Shown: in pieces, positions 11,391 through 24,840 of the stretch
How the letters are laid out: every line of letters begins with the position of its first letter
How positions within the stretch are numbered: position 1 is the first letter of the stretch
Origin: Gekko japonicus
Lineage: Eukaryota
Assembly (NCBI RefSeq): GCF_001447785.1
Contig: NW_015163107.1
Location: forward strand, 711,326 to 775,325
Reading direction: 5' to 3'
Length of the DNA: 64,000 nucleotides
Position numbers and translations under genes: made by a program
The notes under the pieces: model-generated
What the model was told of the DNA's origin: nothing
The model's database searches: none
Seen by the model: only the letters and a program-made list of their open reading frames with translations

Positions 11391-13311
11391 GTAATTTAGA
11401 ATTAGTCACAAAAATTCTATCATATTAGCAACATTCAGCTCCAGCACCACATTTTTTCCCATGGAAATCTGAGCAATGGCCTTTCCTGCAATTATTGAGC
11501 AACCTCTTTCCCTCAGGATCATTCCATAATCTGCAAATAGCTTCAAAAGCCTGAGGCAATTCTGTGTGGTTCCTAATTATCTAATATCTGCCCACCACTG
11601 CTTAATGCTGCTCTTAGAAACAGGCATTCAAATATCTTCTTTGAGAGCTCCAATACAAAACAATCTTTTGTCTGGACCAGAAAATGTAAGGTTTGTAAAA
11701 GAGAGGGGGTGGGGGGAGCATAAAGTATCAGCTTTTCAAAACCTGAGACAAGTAGATAATGCATATAGTGTAAGTGCCATGATCGGATTTAAATGCATTT
11801 CCACTGAAAATGGAACCCTCATTTATTGTAAAATATTACCCAGAGCATAACAAGGTTCCACTAGACACCCCCCAAAAAAACCCTGCCTGTTAGACCTTTG
11901 CAGAATTGTCTGTAATTGTAGCTACAAATTGCTTATCTGTCACATTTAAAGATGGGTGAACCCCTCTGAGCTAAGTTGGAAAAGCAAACTATTTGCCAAA
12001 AGAGGGAGACATATACCACCCCGCAGGTCACTGGAGCCCAATTTCAAGGTCAGAAAGTCTCTCCCCACCACCCCAGCACAGATGATGTGGATACAGGACA
12101 ACGGTGGCAACAGTTGGCCAGTCAAGCAGGAAACTGGCCAGGCATGAAGATGATAGGCAGGTAAAGGGAATCTCACCTCACTTCCCGCCCCCAGCATCTT
12201 AGTGCATCCTGGGAAATGCAGTGCTCAGGGTACTGACAAAATATTATCCTAGGCATCTGTGAACACAGGAGGGGGCTTTTCTCCCCACTTTTTGGCTTGC
12301 TAACCCAGCAGCTCTACCCACAGAATATGCAAGGGGGAGGGAGAAGAGGAGGAAGGCAGAGAGAGAAGTTTGAGCCAGAGAAGAATTTGGAGCGGCAATG
12401 CTCACCTTTGAAGATAACCACTGTGAGAAGCTGAAGGACATATTTTTAAGCACAAAATTTAGTTTGGCGCCATCTCTAGTTTGGTACCCTTTGTACGAAA
12501 GGGTTTTTGCTTTTTTTATCCTCCCAATTCTTTTGTGAGATTGTTTAGGCTCAGGAAGACACTTAACACAAAATAACCATCATGGCTCAGCTGAACAGAT
12601 GTCTGAACTGGAGTTTCCTCAAATTCAAACCTAACATTCACCAGACCAGCTTTCTTATGTCCACCACATATTACTACGTGTGGACATAAGTGTCTTGCTG
12701 CACACTGTGCTCACTTCAGGGGTGAATTTATAAAAGATGAATTAGTCATTCACATAAAAAAAATTTTTTAGTAGGAATGGAAACTAACACAAGGTAGCCA
12801 ACCAGAATATTCCGAAGAATCTCTAGTTGGAAGAAGTTGACTGTCCATACCACTTCCTATGGACTGTCTGTTTTGTATGACTGATCTTGATTCCTTGAGG
12901 ATACCACCTCACCTCGCTCCAACTCAGTAAATTTTTTAAGCAAGTGCATCAAAATCAAGCTGCCCGGTACCTTCTTTCTTCAGAAACCAGGAAAGGAGAA
13001 AGGCTTCTTTACTTCCCTCCCCCCTTCCCTAACAGTCTGTTTCTGACATTTGTATGGCAGTTTACCACCTTCCTCTTTCAAAAAAGTTCTTCTTAAAAGA
13101 TGGAGATGGTGGGGCATTTCCAGAGAAGGTCAAAGTCCATCTCTCCTTTCCTTCACTTGTGTGACTACTTGTGAGCAGACACTGCAGTGAGACATCTCAT
13201 GTGCTGCTTTTTGTGCCTGCTGCTATACATGTAGAAAGACCAGGACAGGAATTTACCAAAGCAGCTGCAATATGGAAAATCAAGACAAAAGGAAGGTGGG
13301 CATATTAAGAA

Positions 13312-13815
13312 GTATGCGGATGACACCCAGCTCTATCTGCTGTTGGAAGGCCAGCCCAACTCCAAACTGGAAGACCTTAGCCGGGCGTTACAAGCCGTGG
13401 CTGGTTGGCTTAGGCTGAGCCAGCTGAAATTGAATCCAACAAAAATGGAGGTCCTGTGCCTGAGCCGCAGCGGTCCGAGGGTAGGGATCCTGCTTCCAAC
13501 CTTCGATGGGACACCATTGGTGCCAGCATCGGAGGTTAGGAGTCTGGGAGTGCTCCTGGATGCCTCTCTAACAATGGAGGCCCAGGTAGCAGCCACTGCC
13601 AAGTCGGCCTTTTACCATCTTCGGCAGATTAGGCAGTTGGTTCCCTTCCTCGAATGCGGCGAACTGGCAACAGGGAGCATATCCAGCCTGTGCTACAGGC
13701 ATTGCACTGGCTGCCTATATTCACTTCAAGGTCCTGGTTCTTACCTTTAAAGCCCTTTATGGCCAGGAACCTGCATACCTGAAGGACCGCCTTTCCCCAT
13801 ATGTACCCCAGAGAG
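13312..13815 (+). mobile_element. L2 LINE fragment with internal deletion
   Basis: YADDTQLY then LKLNPTKMEVL...AFYHLRQIRQL; closely similar to 7315-8068 and 37320-37715. Confidence 0.9.
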
Positions 13816-15264
13816 GTCAGGCTGGCGACGATAGGCTGATTTGGCCTAAGTATTTTCAACTGTTTAATTGCAATTAAATAATCAATGAACATTCTTCCTC
13901 ATTTTGGCTTGGGAATCTATTTGTACAACATTTTTAATGGATTTTATTGTCAAGCAAGATGCTGGAGAAATGGCATAATTTTTTCCTAAATAAATAAAAA
14001 ACACTATTAATTACTACTCCTGACAAAGACCTTCTCCCTCACTTGTCTAGGATGCACTGATCCTCTAACATATTAAGAAATCAGCTCTCTTTTTCTTGTG
14101 AGCTGGAGAGAACTATGAGTCGCACTACTCACACTCATTCAGCAAGAGTCCCATGCATCAGTGGTTGACACTTGAGTATGTGGTATTGTTTCCAAGTCTC
14201 AGGGCTGGTGTGTATGCGCAATTTACCCTGCAGCATCACAGTCAGCTATTCTGGATTAAATAACGGCTGCTCACCAGTCTCTCACAATTCCTCTTACAAG
14301 TCATCTTATACCTTTAAAATTCATTGTTAGGAGAAGCCCTCGGTAGCTTGAAAGGATCAATACACTTCAGGAACTTTATTCAAGCACTACAAATAAATGC
14401 AAACCAGACAATACCTATGGGGTGAAACGTTCTCAAAAATGATGTGAAGGTGCCTTATTCTTATTGATTTTTTCCTAAAGATATTAGGCAGCCTATTCCC
14501 AAGAAAATCTGACCACTCATTCAAAAAACAAACCACGACTTGCACTCAGGGATGCAATTTGTCAATCAGCTGGCATTAAAGTTCAATTCTCCCCTCCCAT
14601 TAAAAATATGGATTTTAAAAGAACTGTAGGTCTTGATTCTCTGCCTGTGTGTTTTCTAATTAGATACTGCATTTTTATTGTTCAGACTGTGAATTTTCAA
14701 TATTTTTGCAGACTATCTCATGGGCATCAGAAGCCAAATGATGGAATAAAAACATTTTATTAATAAATATTTAATGCTGGATGCCTGATAAAGAATATGT
14801 ATTAAAGCAGTCTTGAAAAACAATTGTAGCTTGTCTGAAGAAAAAGCCCTCAAACACACCCACAGGTTAGCTCAGGTGAAGGCAAGAACATAAAATGGCA
14901 AGAACTCTTCTACATAATAGAAGAATAGGTGATGGCACTTAAAAAAGACAGAGAAAAACAAAGCGACAACATCACAATGATCAGGAACAGACACAAATTT
15001 CCACTTTGTAATTAGTGGCCTACCCTAGAAAGACAATCAATATTGAAAGTCTAAGAAACAGGAATCTTATTTAAGGTTGATTCTCTCTCTCTTTCATACA
15101 CTGCAGTTCACAATGGCATTCAAAAAAGCAGGCATACAATAACATGAGGCCTCAAAGGAGCAAGCTTTGGTCATAAGGCACATGTTCTGAAAAAATGAAA
15201 TTCTAACCGAGGCTTGTGAACTTTGATTCTGTGCGGTTTATGAATTTTTTTTTGACAGATTGAT

Positions 15265-15338
15265 AGTGCAATCTATGCAGAGTTACACCCTTCTAAACCC
15301 ACTTACTTCAAGGATGTAACTCTGCTTAGACTGCATTG
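15265..15338. mobile_element. Short palindromic MITE (GTGCAATC...GAGTTAC / GTAACTC...GCA family)
   Basis: Inverted arms GCAGAGTTACA / TGTAACTCTGC; related copies near 21745, 43315 and 55070. Confidence 0.6.
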
Positions 15339-15384
15339 TTTCTCGCTTACTGGCCCATGCTCCTGTCAGCAGTTCTCTCTCTGA

Positions 15385-15544
15385 TAGGAATGCCAATTGC
15401 CTAGAGAAGAAAAACCTTAATGGGACATTATTTACAAGGTGATGTTATTTATGTCTATACCATGAAAGGCTTCACATGCTTTTTTCTACATCATAAGCCT
15501 ATATAAAATGGAAACATTTTTCTCCCGGCATATTGGCAACCCAG
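15385..15544. mobile_element. hAT MITE (TAGGGTTGCCA-type termini)
   Basis: Degenerate TIRs TAGGAATGCCAA / TTGGCAACCCAG; exact 8-bp TSD CTCTCTGA at 15377-15384 and 15545-15552. Confidence 0.8.
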
Positions 15545-16649
15545 CTCTCTGACCAGATGGGACAAAGAACCAGTGGCACAAGTATTAGAAGCTAAATGCC
15601 ACAGAAAGGAAAAGAGCCCTTTCAACACTGGGTGGGAGGGAATGATAGTGGACTGTGTTAAGGTGGGGCAAAGGGAGGGTTGTCATACACAGCATCTGCC
15701 CTGCTGATTAAAAAGAACCCAAAGTCTCTACGTCTTCACTTACATTCCTTTTCCAGGCACACCTTCTTTAATAGCTGGTTTCAGGGAGGAAGAGAGCAAC
15801 TGATGCCTGCTTGGTCTCCAGGGAAAGGAAGAGCCCTCCTGGATATCTCGGCTGGCAAAGAAACAGCTCTGCATGCACTAAGGGGTCAGTCTCAGCAATA
15901 GCAATTTGCCTCCAGTTTATTGTTATAAATGCAGATTACAATTATTCAGCACTGATGTAAGATTTTCAACACAAGACAGGTAGCAATCCTGGCCTTAGGT
16001 AATCAACTCCTAATGCCTGGACACCAACACTGCGGCCTTTTTACTGATTAACCTAATCAACCCCTCTAACCTACATGACAGGAACAGAGATGTTGATTAT
16101 GCTTATTAACATTCCTTGAGCTTGAAAGTGCTTTCTCCTCTTTTGTCAACCACACATTTCACATAAGTGTAAGTACTAAGAACTCTTGGAGGCTTCATAT
16201 TAACAATGATTCATTGATAACACAGAATTTTACACCAATAATTTTTGTGGGGTTTTCAGCAATCACATCTACACATAAATAGATCAGAAGACAGCCCTGA
16301 GGTAGAAGACTTTTCTCTCCTGCTCCACTTAAATATAGAAAAAAAAAATTAAAGGTTCACCAAATGACATGTGGACTTTATCCCTCTTTACTAATAAGAT
16401 TTCAAATAATATTCAACAGCTGCTATCTGACCAAATCTCAATGCTAAATTAATGGGAAATTACAATTGTTCTTCCTACAGTGCCAAATTTGAATACTCAA
16501 AAAACATGATCTACTTAATAAAAATGCTAGTTTCAGGGGAAGTTACTATACTGTGGCTGTGGTCACACGGAACATTAGCCATGCTAGAGAGACGGAAGAT
16601 AGGCAGATTTTCTGGACACGATCTCACCGCCACATCTGGGTGAGATCGT

Positions 16650-17235
16650 GAGCATAATGCTCTCCCAGGGACATACCTGAGGAGACGGTCCCGAAGATAC
16701 ACTGGTCCCAAACCGCTCAAGGCCTTAAAGGTCAATACCAACACCTTGAATCTGACTTGGTACTCCACTGGAAGCCAGTGTAGCTGGTGCAGCACAGGTT
16801 GTATATGTGCTGTCCGTGGCGTTCCCGTCAGGACTCACGCCACTGCATTGTGGATCAGCTGGGGTTTCTGGGTCAGTCTCAAGGGATGGCCAGCGTAGAG
16901 TGAGTTACAGTAGTCTAATCTGGAGGTGACTGTCAGATGGATTACTGTGGCTAGGTCAGGGTGCGACAGGAAAGGGGCTAATTGCCATGCTTGGCATAGG
17001 TGGAAAAACGCCAGACTGACAATATTCGTGATCTGGGCCTCCATAGTTAAGGAGGCATCCAGGACCATGCCCAAACCCTTGACAGACTGCACTGGTATTA
17101 GTGGTGCCCCATCAAGAGTGAGAAGTCTATGCCCCAGCCCTGATGCACCTCCCCCCAGCCACAGAACCTCCGTCTTCATTGGATTCAGCCTCAGCCTGCT
17201 CTGTTTTAACCATCCCACCACAGCCTCCATGCCCT
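16650..17235 (-). mobile_element. L2 LINE fragment (second subfamily)
   Basis: LRLNPMKTEVLWLG...[13 protein letters not shown]...LHQLHWLPVEYQVRFKVLVLTFKAL. Confidence 0.9.
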
Positions 17236-20200
17236 CGGCTTCATCAATTTCCTTCAGAAATGCTAACAATTGCTGCATCAATTTATCACACAGGTGAGAA
17301 GATGAGAAGCTCCTAATGGATTTCTTTTAAAAAGGGGGGAAACTATCATTGAAGATTAATATCATCCAGTCTATCAAGCTTTTTTTGAACTGTTAAATCA
17401 CAATTAACATCTGAAACAAGGTTGTTTCAAAAATCTCAAGTGTTGTAAACCACAAAGTACTGAGATCTTGCTTAACAATAATGAAGCCAACCAGTGAACA
17501 CCATGTTCTGCATTTAGCATATTTGATGTTGATTGTTTCTCAGAAACTTAGCTGGAGAAAGTTTACCGTGTAAAAAATACTACTGTATATGTTAATTTAA
17601 TATTTCTTAGGATTTTCATCATACATACTATTATGCTGAAGTTTTAGGAATTCATTTAGAACTAAGAGCCACTGTTTTGCCTTTCGTTAAACAGTCAAGA
17701 AATCTCACTTCAAGTGGAAACTGAACAAGGCCCAGCTTCTATACGTAAATGGCACAATAAACACAAGCCACAGCAGTGGTCCAGATGCCTTTATATACTG
17801 TGAAAGTGCCAATTTAACACAGAGGCATCTTTACAGCATGGTAAGCTAATCAATCATCAGAAGAAGACTCAACTAGTTATTCAGAAAAAGAGGCCAGATT
17901 ATGAATAGCTACTACAAGTTACTCCACTTTCAATATGTTTATCAACAATGACAAAAATAGCAAACCTTCAAGTTGTGACCCATATGTACACCATCCTATA
18001 GGTATCTCTAGGTATTGTTTTATGTGTATAATTTGCATGGGCATATATGAGCTCCTAGGGCATAAAATGATGAATATAAGAACACAATATATGTATAAGA
18101 AGAAAAGAAATCAAGATCATGTATGCTGGCTATTGGGAATAGAGACCATTCATAACATGTGATGTTAGCTCTGGTACTGAGTGGCTGGGAGAGGGGGTGC
18201 AGAATAGTGTTTCCAATAAATCTGGGATAAAAGCTTGACTGTACCAACGGTCAAACCATTATTAATCTGCCCCAAGTCCCCTGTGGGGAGAGGGTGTGGG
18301 GTATAAATGAAAAAAATAAATACATCCTCCTACCCAATTTATTTTTATTTTATTTTTTTCATTTATACCCCACCTTTTTTGCCAATGGGGATCCAAAGCA
18401 GCTTACCATTGTCCTCCTCTCCTCCAATCAATTGCATTACTGTCTTGCTTTGAATTTCGCTGGATGGGCTGCATACAACTTGATTGGTCACAAGCTGTAC
18501 AGTCCTGTTGGGGTAATATCTCTATCTACCAATAAGCTCTTTGCTTATGGTGCATATCTGAATGGAGAGGATTCATGTGGGGGCACTTCCAGCCAAACAA
18601 AAGAGGAATGTTTGTTTTTTTCCTTTTTGATAACACCATGCCAGCACTAAGACTCTTCAGAACTACTTGTACGTTATCTGATTCCCATACAAAAACACTC
18701 TGTCCATAACTAAACTGATTACACATGGAACAAAACTAGAGCATCCACGGTGGAAAACTTTGTTTGCTTCCACTCTCTCATTTTCTTTCTTTTCTATTTT
18801 TTCTGCCTGTACCCTACCCCTTGTCCCCTGTATCCTCAAATTCTGATTTTTAAACGTTCCTCAGCTCCCCCACTCCCCCTTTATTCCTGATCTCAGGAGT
18901 TTTACTTCTCTTTTCCACTCACTAAAGAAATAAATAGAAAAAGGAGGGGGAAATGCTACTTCTGCGGGGGGAGTACTGTGAATGGGTGAAGCAGAAGTTA
19001 CAGAGGCCAGAAAGCATGTACTGTAGTGGGCATTGACAGATGCTCCAGGGCTACCATGTCACTTACATTGCAGTCTCTCCCTCTGTGAGGCAGCAAAGCA
19101 GCAACCTCATACTGAAATCACCAGAAAGGAGAGAAATATTATTAGTTACACCTCCATTGATTCTGCTACTGTTGCTTCAACAAGGGGATTTTTCCAAAGA
19201 AACATAGGTGCCCATTATTGGTGAGCATAGTCATATTTTTTGAAAAGAGAAATAAAGCAGCAGTGCAATTGAAAAGGCTTTTCTCCATCTTTTCAGTTTT
19301 ACTAAGCTCAGAGAAGGGGACAGAAAAAAGGCCCTAGGAAGGGGTAAATTGAGAAGAGGAGATAGGCAATGGTTGCAGCCCTAACCCAGTGAAATAACAG
19401 CTCTAGTCAGGCCATCTCTGAAAGCTTTATTCTTTAATTGTGATGGATGATCTAAAATACAAAGACAGAAACCCATCACCAATCAGCATTTGATACCAAC
19501 AAGGAAAAGCCAATAATGCAACAGTTTGGGGAGAGAGGGCACCATCTGTATTCTCGGAAATAACAGACAGCAAATGGTGTCAACAGCTGCGGGACTGGGG
19601 TGTCAGCATGCTGGGTCATGCACCTCTTTGCATGATTCCTGAATTATATGCTCATGCATCTCCCAAAAGTGAAGTCTTTCAATATAAACTATTACATCAC
19701 TGGCACGCTGCTGCGACTGTTCTTGTCCACTCCATGAAATTCTCTTACCGCTTTACTAATACTTCCAATGGAAAAAACAATTCAGCTTGTAGAAAGCAGG
19801 AGGACCAGGCTGCATTAAAAAGCTTTGCATATATCTTCATCTTGCTTACAACTGTGTTCGTACTTGCAAAGCTTTTCAAAATCACTTAATAAATTCACAT
19901 CATTCCTTTGCAATTTGCAAGGTGCTCCAAAGCTGAGGACCCACATTAATGGCACTAGCACAATAAGCAGCACTTCAAAGGTTGTTGAAGACAAGGGAGT
20001 CCCTTGGCCACACTTGTGCAATGCATTAAACCTCCAGGACCATCTCTGGAAACATTTTTTGCTCCTATATGTAGTTTCTCAGCCATTAGAAGTGCCTGCT
20101 GAAACCCCACATGCTATTTCTGCCCAGACTACTTCACAGCTGGCAGCCTATGACTGGCACCATCATGGCTAATCAGGCTCTTTGCTAAGCACTAATGTAC

Positions 20201-20674
20201 ATCAGCAGCGGCCCTGCCAAAGAACACTGTACTCCTGCTCATCAGTGCAAAGCAGGGGACATGAAAGTCACACATGCTCATGTGGAGAAAAGCAGGTTTC
20301 TCAGACTGAGGAGCCCATTAGAAGACTAGCCAAGGCACCTTGTGTTAGAAATCTCCAAGCACTCATAGCAGGGGGATTCAGTTCCAGCATTTGAAGGAAA
20401 AGAAAAAAAGTAGGGAAATTTGAAGTAGGGACAAAAAAGGCAGAGAAAACACAGTTTTCTTTAAAAGCAACAAGAAAATGAGGGAAAATGTGACTCTAGG
20501 TAAAGGAACTGTGCACAGAAGTTGCTAGAATTGACTCAGAGCCAACAAGCATTGTTATGTATATTCCATCCCTCCCTGGTTTTCCCATACATGAGCAGAA
20601 TCTGGTATCTGATGCAGAATTTGACATTCCAAAAGTCTTTTTACTTTTGGGGGAAAGTAGGTTTAGAAACTTAT

Positions 20675-20775
20675 AAACCATAGAGTTGGAAGGGATCCCA
20701 AGAGTCATCTAGTCCAGCCCCCTACGGAAATTCACAGCTATCTCCCCCCACATTCCTCCAGTGACCTCTGATCTA
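20675..20775 (-). mobile_element. CR1 LINE 3' end
   Basis: AACCATAGAGTTGGAAGGGATCCC...TCATCTAGTCCAGCCCC. Confidence 0.7.
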
Positions 20776-21324
20776 TTTCCACAAGTTTGTAAGCCTTCTG
20801 CATAAAGAACAAGTCTGGATATACTGCGGGCAACTCAAAATACATGGGAAGGCTGAGCAAGACTTCTGGGAGACAATATGGGGAGACTTTGTTGCTCAGC
20901 ATCCCTTCGCTTCAATTTTTCCTTTGTGGAGAGCTGCCTTGGGAGCCCATTTTTTATAGCTCAACGCCTGGATATTTAAACCAAATGTAAAAGAAACAAA
21001 AAATATTTGTTCTGTCTTGCCCATGTGCCTTTTATGCCTTCCAATCAAGGATGTTCTCCTCTGATACTCTCTAGTTCTTGCCGGAAAACCACAAAACAAC
21101 CAGAAGAAGGGTAAATATGCCCAAACTTTATTGTGGAAGCAGACTAATATATGCAAAATAACCTGCCTAATCTGTATAATTCATTCAGATCAGTGAATCT
21201 TAGCTTTCTTAGAGCTGAATTTAAATTTGGGCCTGAACTCATAGCGACCTGTGTGCCAAAATAACAGAATATTTGCTCACACAGCCCCATACTATGCATG
21301 TTTACTCAGAAGTAAACCTCACAT

Positions 21325-21673
21325 GGAGCTGCGGTGGCTCAAATGGTTAAGACGCTGAACTGCAGGCTATGGAAGGTCAGTAATTCAGCAGTTCAAGACC
21401 CGGGTGCTGCATTATGGAGTGAGCTCCCATCTCTAGTTCCAGCTCCTGCCACCCTAGCAATTCGAAAGCAAGAAATTGCAAGTAGATATAGGTACCACTC
21501 CAGTGGGAAGGTAACAGCGTTCCATGCACCTTGGTGTTTAGTCATGCTGGCCACATGACCACGGAAACATCATCAGACAGCGCTGGCTCTTCAGCTTTGA
21601 AACGGAGATGAGCACCGCAACCCTAGAGTCAGATTCAACTGGCTTTCGAGCAAGGGAACCTTTACCTTTACCT
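21325..21673 (+). mobile_element. Full-length Sauria SINE
   Basis: tRNA-like head (TGGCTCAAATGG, GTTCAAGACC), typical body, (ACCTTT)n tail; 12-bp TSD TAAACCTCACAT at 21313-21324 and 21674-21685. Confidence 0.95.
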
Positions 21674-21774
21674 TAAACCTCACATCCTATGTATATTTAG
21701 TCTGAAGTGAATCCAGTTGTAAAATGGCAGGGGACTGTGGCCTTACAGTGCCATCCTAAACAGATTTACCATAC

Positions 21775-21836
21775 TACTTCTAAGCATATTGACTTGAACA
21801 AATTAATACTTCTAAGCATATTGACTTGAACAAATT
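21775..21836. repeat. 32-bp period tandem duplication inside a small MITE
   Basis: TACTTCTAAGCATATTGACTTGAACAAATT twice. Confidence 0.85.
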
Positions 21837-24783
21837 TAGAAGGGTTGGGATTACAGATAACTCCCCCATCAGGAAAATGGCATGGGGGAAGGCTGAAATC
21901 CTTTCCCCCAAGTGTTGCAATCCTGATCCAAGTTGGGGTCCCAGGTGCTTGGAAACTGAGTTCGCAGCAGGAAACCTGCAGCAGACATGGAAATTACTAA
22001 GCAAAAGTAGAAAAGAGCGAGAGTCCGGTAGCATCTTAAAGAGTAACAAAAAATGTGGCAGGGTAGGAGCTTTCATAAGTCACTGCTCACTTTTTCAGAA
22101 CAAAGTAAAAGTCAGGCTGGGAAACCAAGATGCAACCTGTGGAAAACTGTAACATGTACTTTGGACCTCAAATGCCCATTTTGTGCAACACTGCAGATCT
22201 TATTTCTTTTCTAGGCTATGGTGATTTACATAGAAATAAGAGGGAATAGTAAGATTTAGCACATAAGGGATAAGAGGGAAGAGCAAAAGCATTTGGTGCA
22301 GTACACTCTTTGTTGAGTCCCAAAAAAAGTCTTGTAGTAACAGGCCAAAGACTTCAGCAAATTCTTATCTTTATTCAGTTGTGCAAATGCTATGATCACT
22401 GAATTTCATGCAGTGCTACTGGAATTTTTAAAAAAGACATTTGGTTGAGATTTTCAGTGACAAAAAGTCCATGCGCTCTTGCTAAAAGCCCACTGAGGTC
22501 AGAGGGATACAGCTGTTCCCTGTAAATCCACATATTTGCTACCTAATATTCTTATTTACTGCAACACTGAAATATGTATGCCTTTAACACACAATCATAT
22601 TTCTTCTGGTCATTTTGAAATATTTTGAAAAAAATATTACAAACAATTTTCACTAACTTGTCAGAAGGACTGTTCTGAGATATTTCAGAAGACTTTCTCT
22701 GGAGGTTAGCTCCCCCCCCCCTCCAATAACTATTTATATTTCTATTTTAGACACTTTAAACAACATTGGGATATAAAACAGTGGTTTCTAATTAACTGTT
22801 GCCTGAGAAGCAGCACCACCACACACACAAATTATCCTATACTTACAGTAATTTGAAAAGCACCTGAGGAAGAAGGAATTAGAACAGCCTACCCACCTCA
22901 ATCTCCTAGTTTTTGAGAGCTTGTGACAGGTACGTGAGTGAAAACTCCTCCAACAATACAGGTGGCTGAACTGGCCGGTAGGAGCTGGGCACTGGGAAGC
23001 CGTTAAGATCTGACAGTTGGAGGTTTAGTCAGTTAGAGGTTGGGCTGCTGGAACTTTAGAGTGAAAGAGAAGGGTTGCTGAAGGGCTAGTTTAACTGGAG
23101 TGTGAATTTAAAAATCTGCAGAGGTAGCAGCTGTTTGGCTAAGTTCCCGTCTCTGGGTAACTGGGTGTACAAAGGTGTCACAATATTCCAGCAGGGTTTG
23201 CAGGATCTACTGGACACCTAAGCCTGCCTGGCAAACAAATTGTTACTTGGGCATGTACAGTTTAAAATCAGACACCCTACATCTCCTGGCTGATAGTGAA
23301 TATTTACCTCAGTTGTATATTTTCTTTCTTTCTGAATCAACTTTGTTCTTGTTTACATTATAAAGTAAACCCTTTTGTTCCTGTCAGTTTATCTCATTAT
23401 TCTTCAGTTATCAGTCCGGGCTTGGGTCACTTTATACCCATGCTGAGATTCTATCTCCTTGAACCTTTTAAATTCCCACTGGGAAATTCTGTGGAGTGAA
23501 ATAGGTAGGCAATTGTGAAAGAAAATCCTGTGGGATGCTACCTAGTCCAAAGAAAGCCATCACTCTAAGGCACCAGAAATTTCCACTATTTCCTAAAAGC
23601 AGTTTCTCATATGTTAACACAAACCTTAAAGGGCAGCCTGCACCAGGAAATTGGAACTGCCATAGCAGCCATTTATATAATTCTTGAACACTTGTGCAGC
23701 TGCAACCTAACCTAAGCAAATTTCCTACAGCCCTCTTGAGAGATGAAGGGGTCCCTGGAAAATAAATTTTTAAAACCCTTCAACTTTATGCTGTTTCGCC
23801 ACATTCAAAAGAGAACAGATGCTTCATTATTAAACATCTCCTGAATAATAAAAACAGGATTATGCTCTTCTGATACCGACTGGACCAGCCATTAAGAGCT
23901 GGATCTCTAGGGCTATTTATTCAATTATTCAGGGGCTAATGTTTCCAGAAGGCCTAGAAGGAATTGCCAGAAATCCAGTATTTGGGAACTACTGCTGAGA
24001 AACAGAAGTCAAGGCAGTGGTTATACAGCATCCCCATTTGCCTCTTTGGATGAAGACATGTGGGCATATGGAGACAAAATTATGAAGGCTGAGAGTTACT
24101 CATTTTGCTGGGGGAGATTTTCTAATTTTGACATTTGTCTTTTATTTTTTAACAGTTAGATAAGTTTACATGTGATGGAAATATATACCAGGGAGAAAAA
24201 CTGATTTAATCAATGCTTTCCCCTTATAGATGAACCAAGAAAAATAGTGTTTAATACATCTGGGAAAATCTGTTTGGGATGCTTGCTTGAATCATCATTA
24301 ATGGCCAATTTTATTACCCAGGAGTGAAAGATATGCATTAAGCAATTACAGTGGACTTCATTTTTGTACACGCTCATGCCCCCTTGCCAATGAATGATCA
24401 ATATAATCTTGCCACTGCTAAGTACAAAATGTGTCTGTCAGCATACTTTTTCATCAATATCCAGAAAACAGATGGCCCTTTGCTAGTTTTTCCATCACTG
24501 CTCAAGTGATGCTTACAATCACAAGCCTGTACGTTCCATTTTCAACTGGGTTACCAATATTACTTTTGATCCCCCCCCCCTCATTATTATGTTTCGGGTT
24601 GCAGCTCTGTGAATGCTGCTGCTCTGGCAGGAACATGTGATGCATAGCTGTACTAATCATCATTGTCATCGTCGTCTGGCACTGTGAATAGTACAGCTAG
24701 GAGATCCAAAGACAGCCTGGCTGCCTTAAGTTCTAGCCCATTAGTGTCATGCACCACTAGGCAGCAAGCTAGACTTATTTTTT

Positions 24784-24840
24784 GGGCTGAGAGAGCTCTG
24801 AAAGAGCTGTGACTGACACAAGGTCACCCAGCAGGCTTCA
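24784..24840 (-). mobile_element. Squam3-type SINE, part interrupted by L2
   Basis: GGGCTGAGAGAGCTCTG...GGTCACCCAGCAGGCTTCA; continues at 27151-27229. Confidence 0.75.

Noticed and set aside
21325-21400. tRNA-like A/B boxes as a tRNA gene
   Set aside because: Head of a Sauria SINE with TSD; no cloverleaf
22922-23430. Possible solo LTR (TGTGAC...GTCAC)
   Set aside because: No clear terminal CA or TSD; cannot be supported without a repeat library
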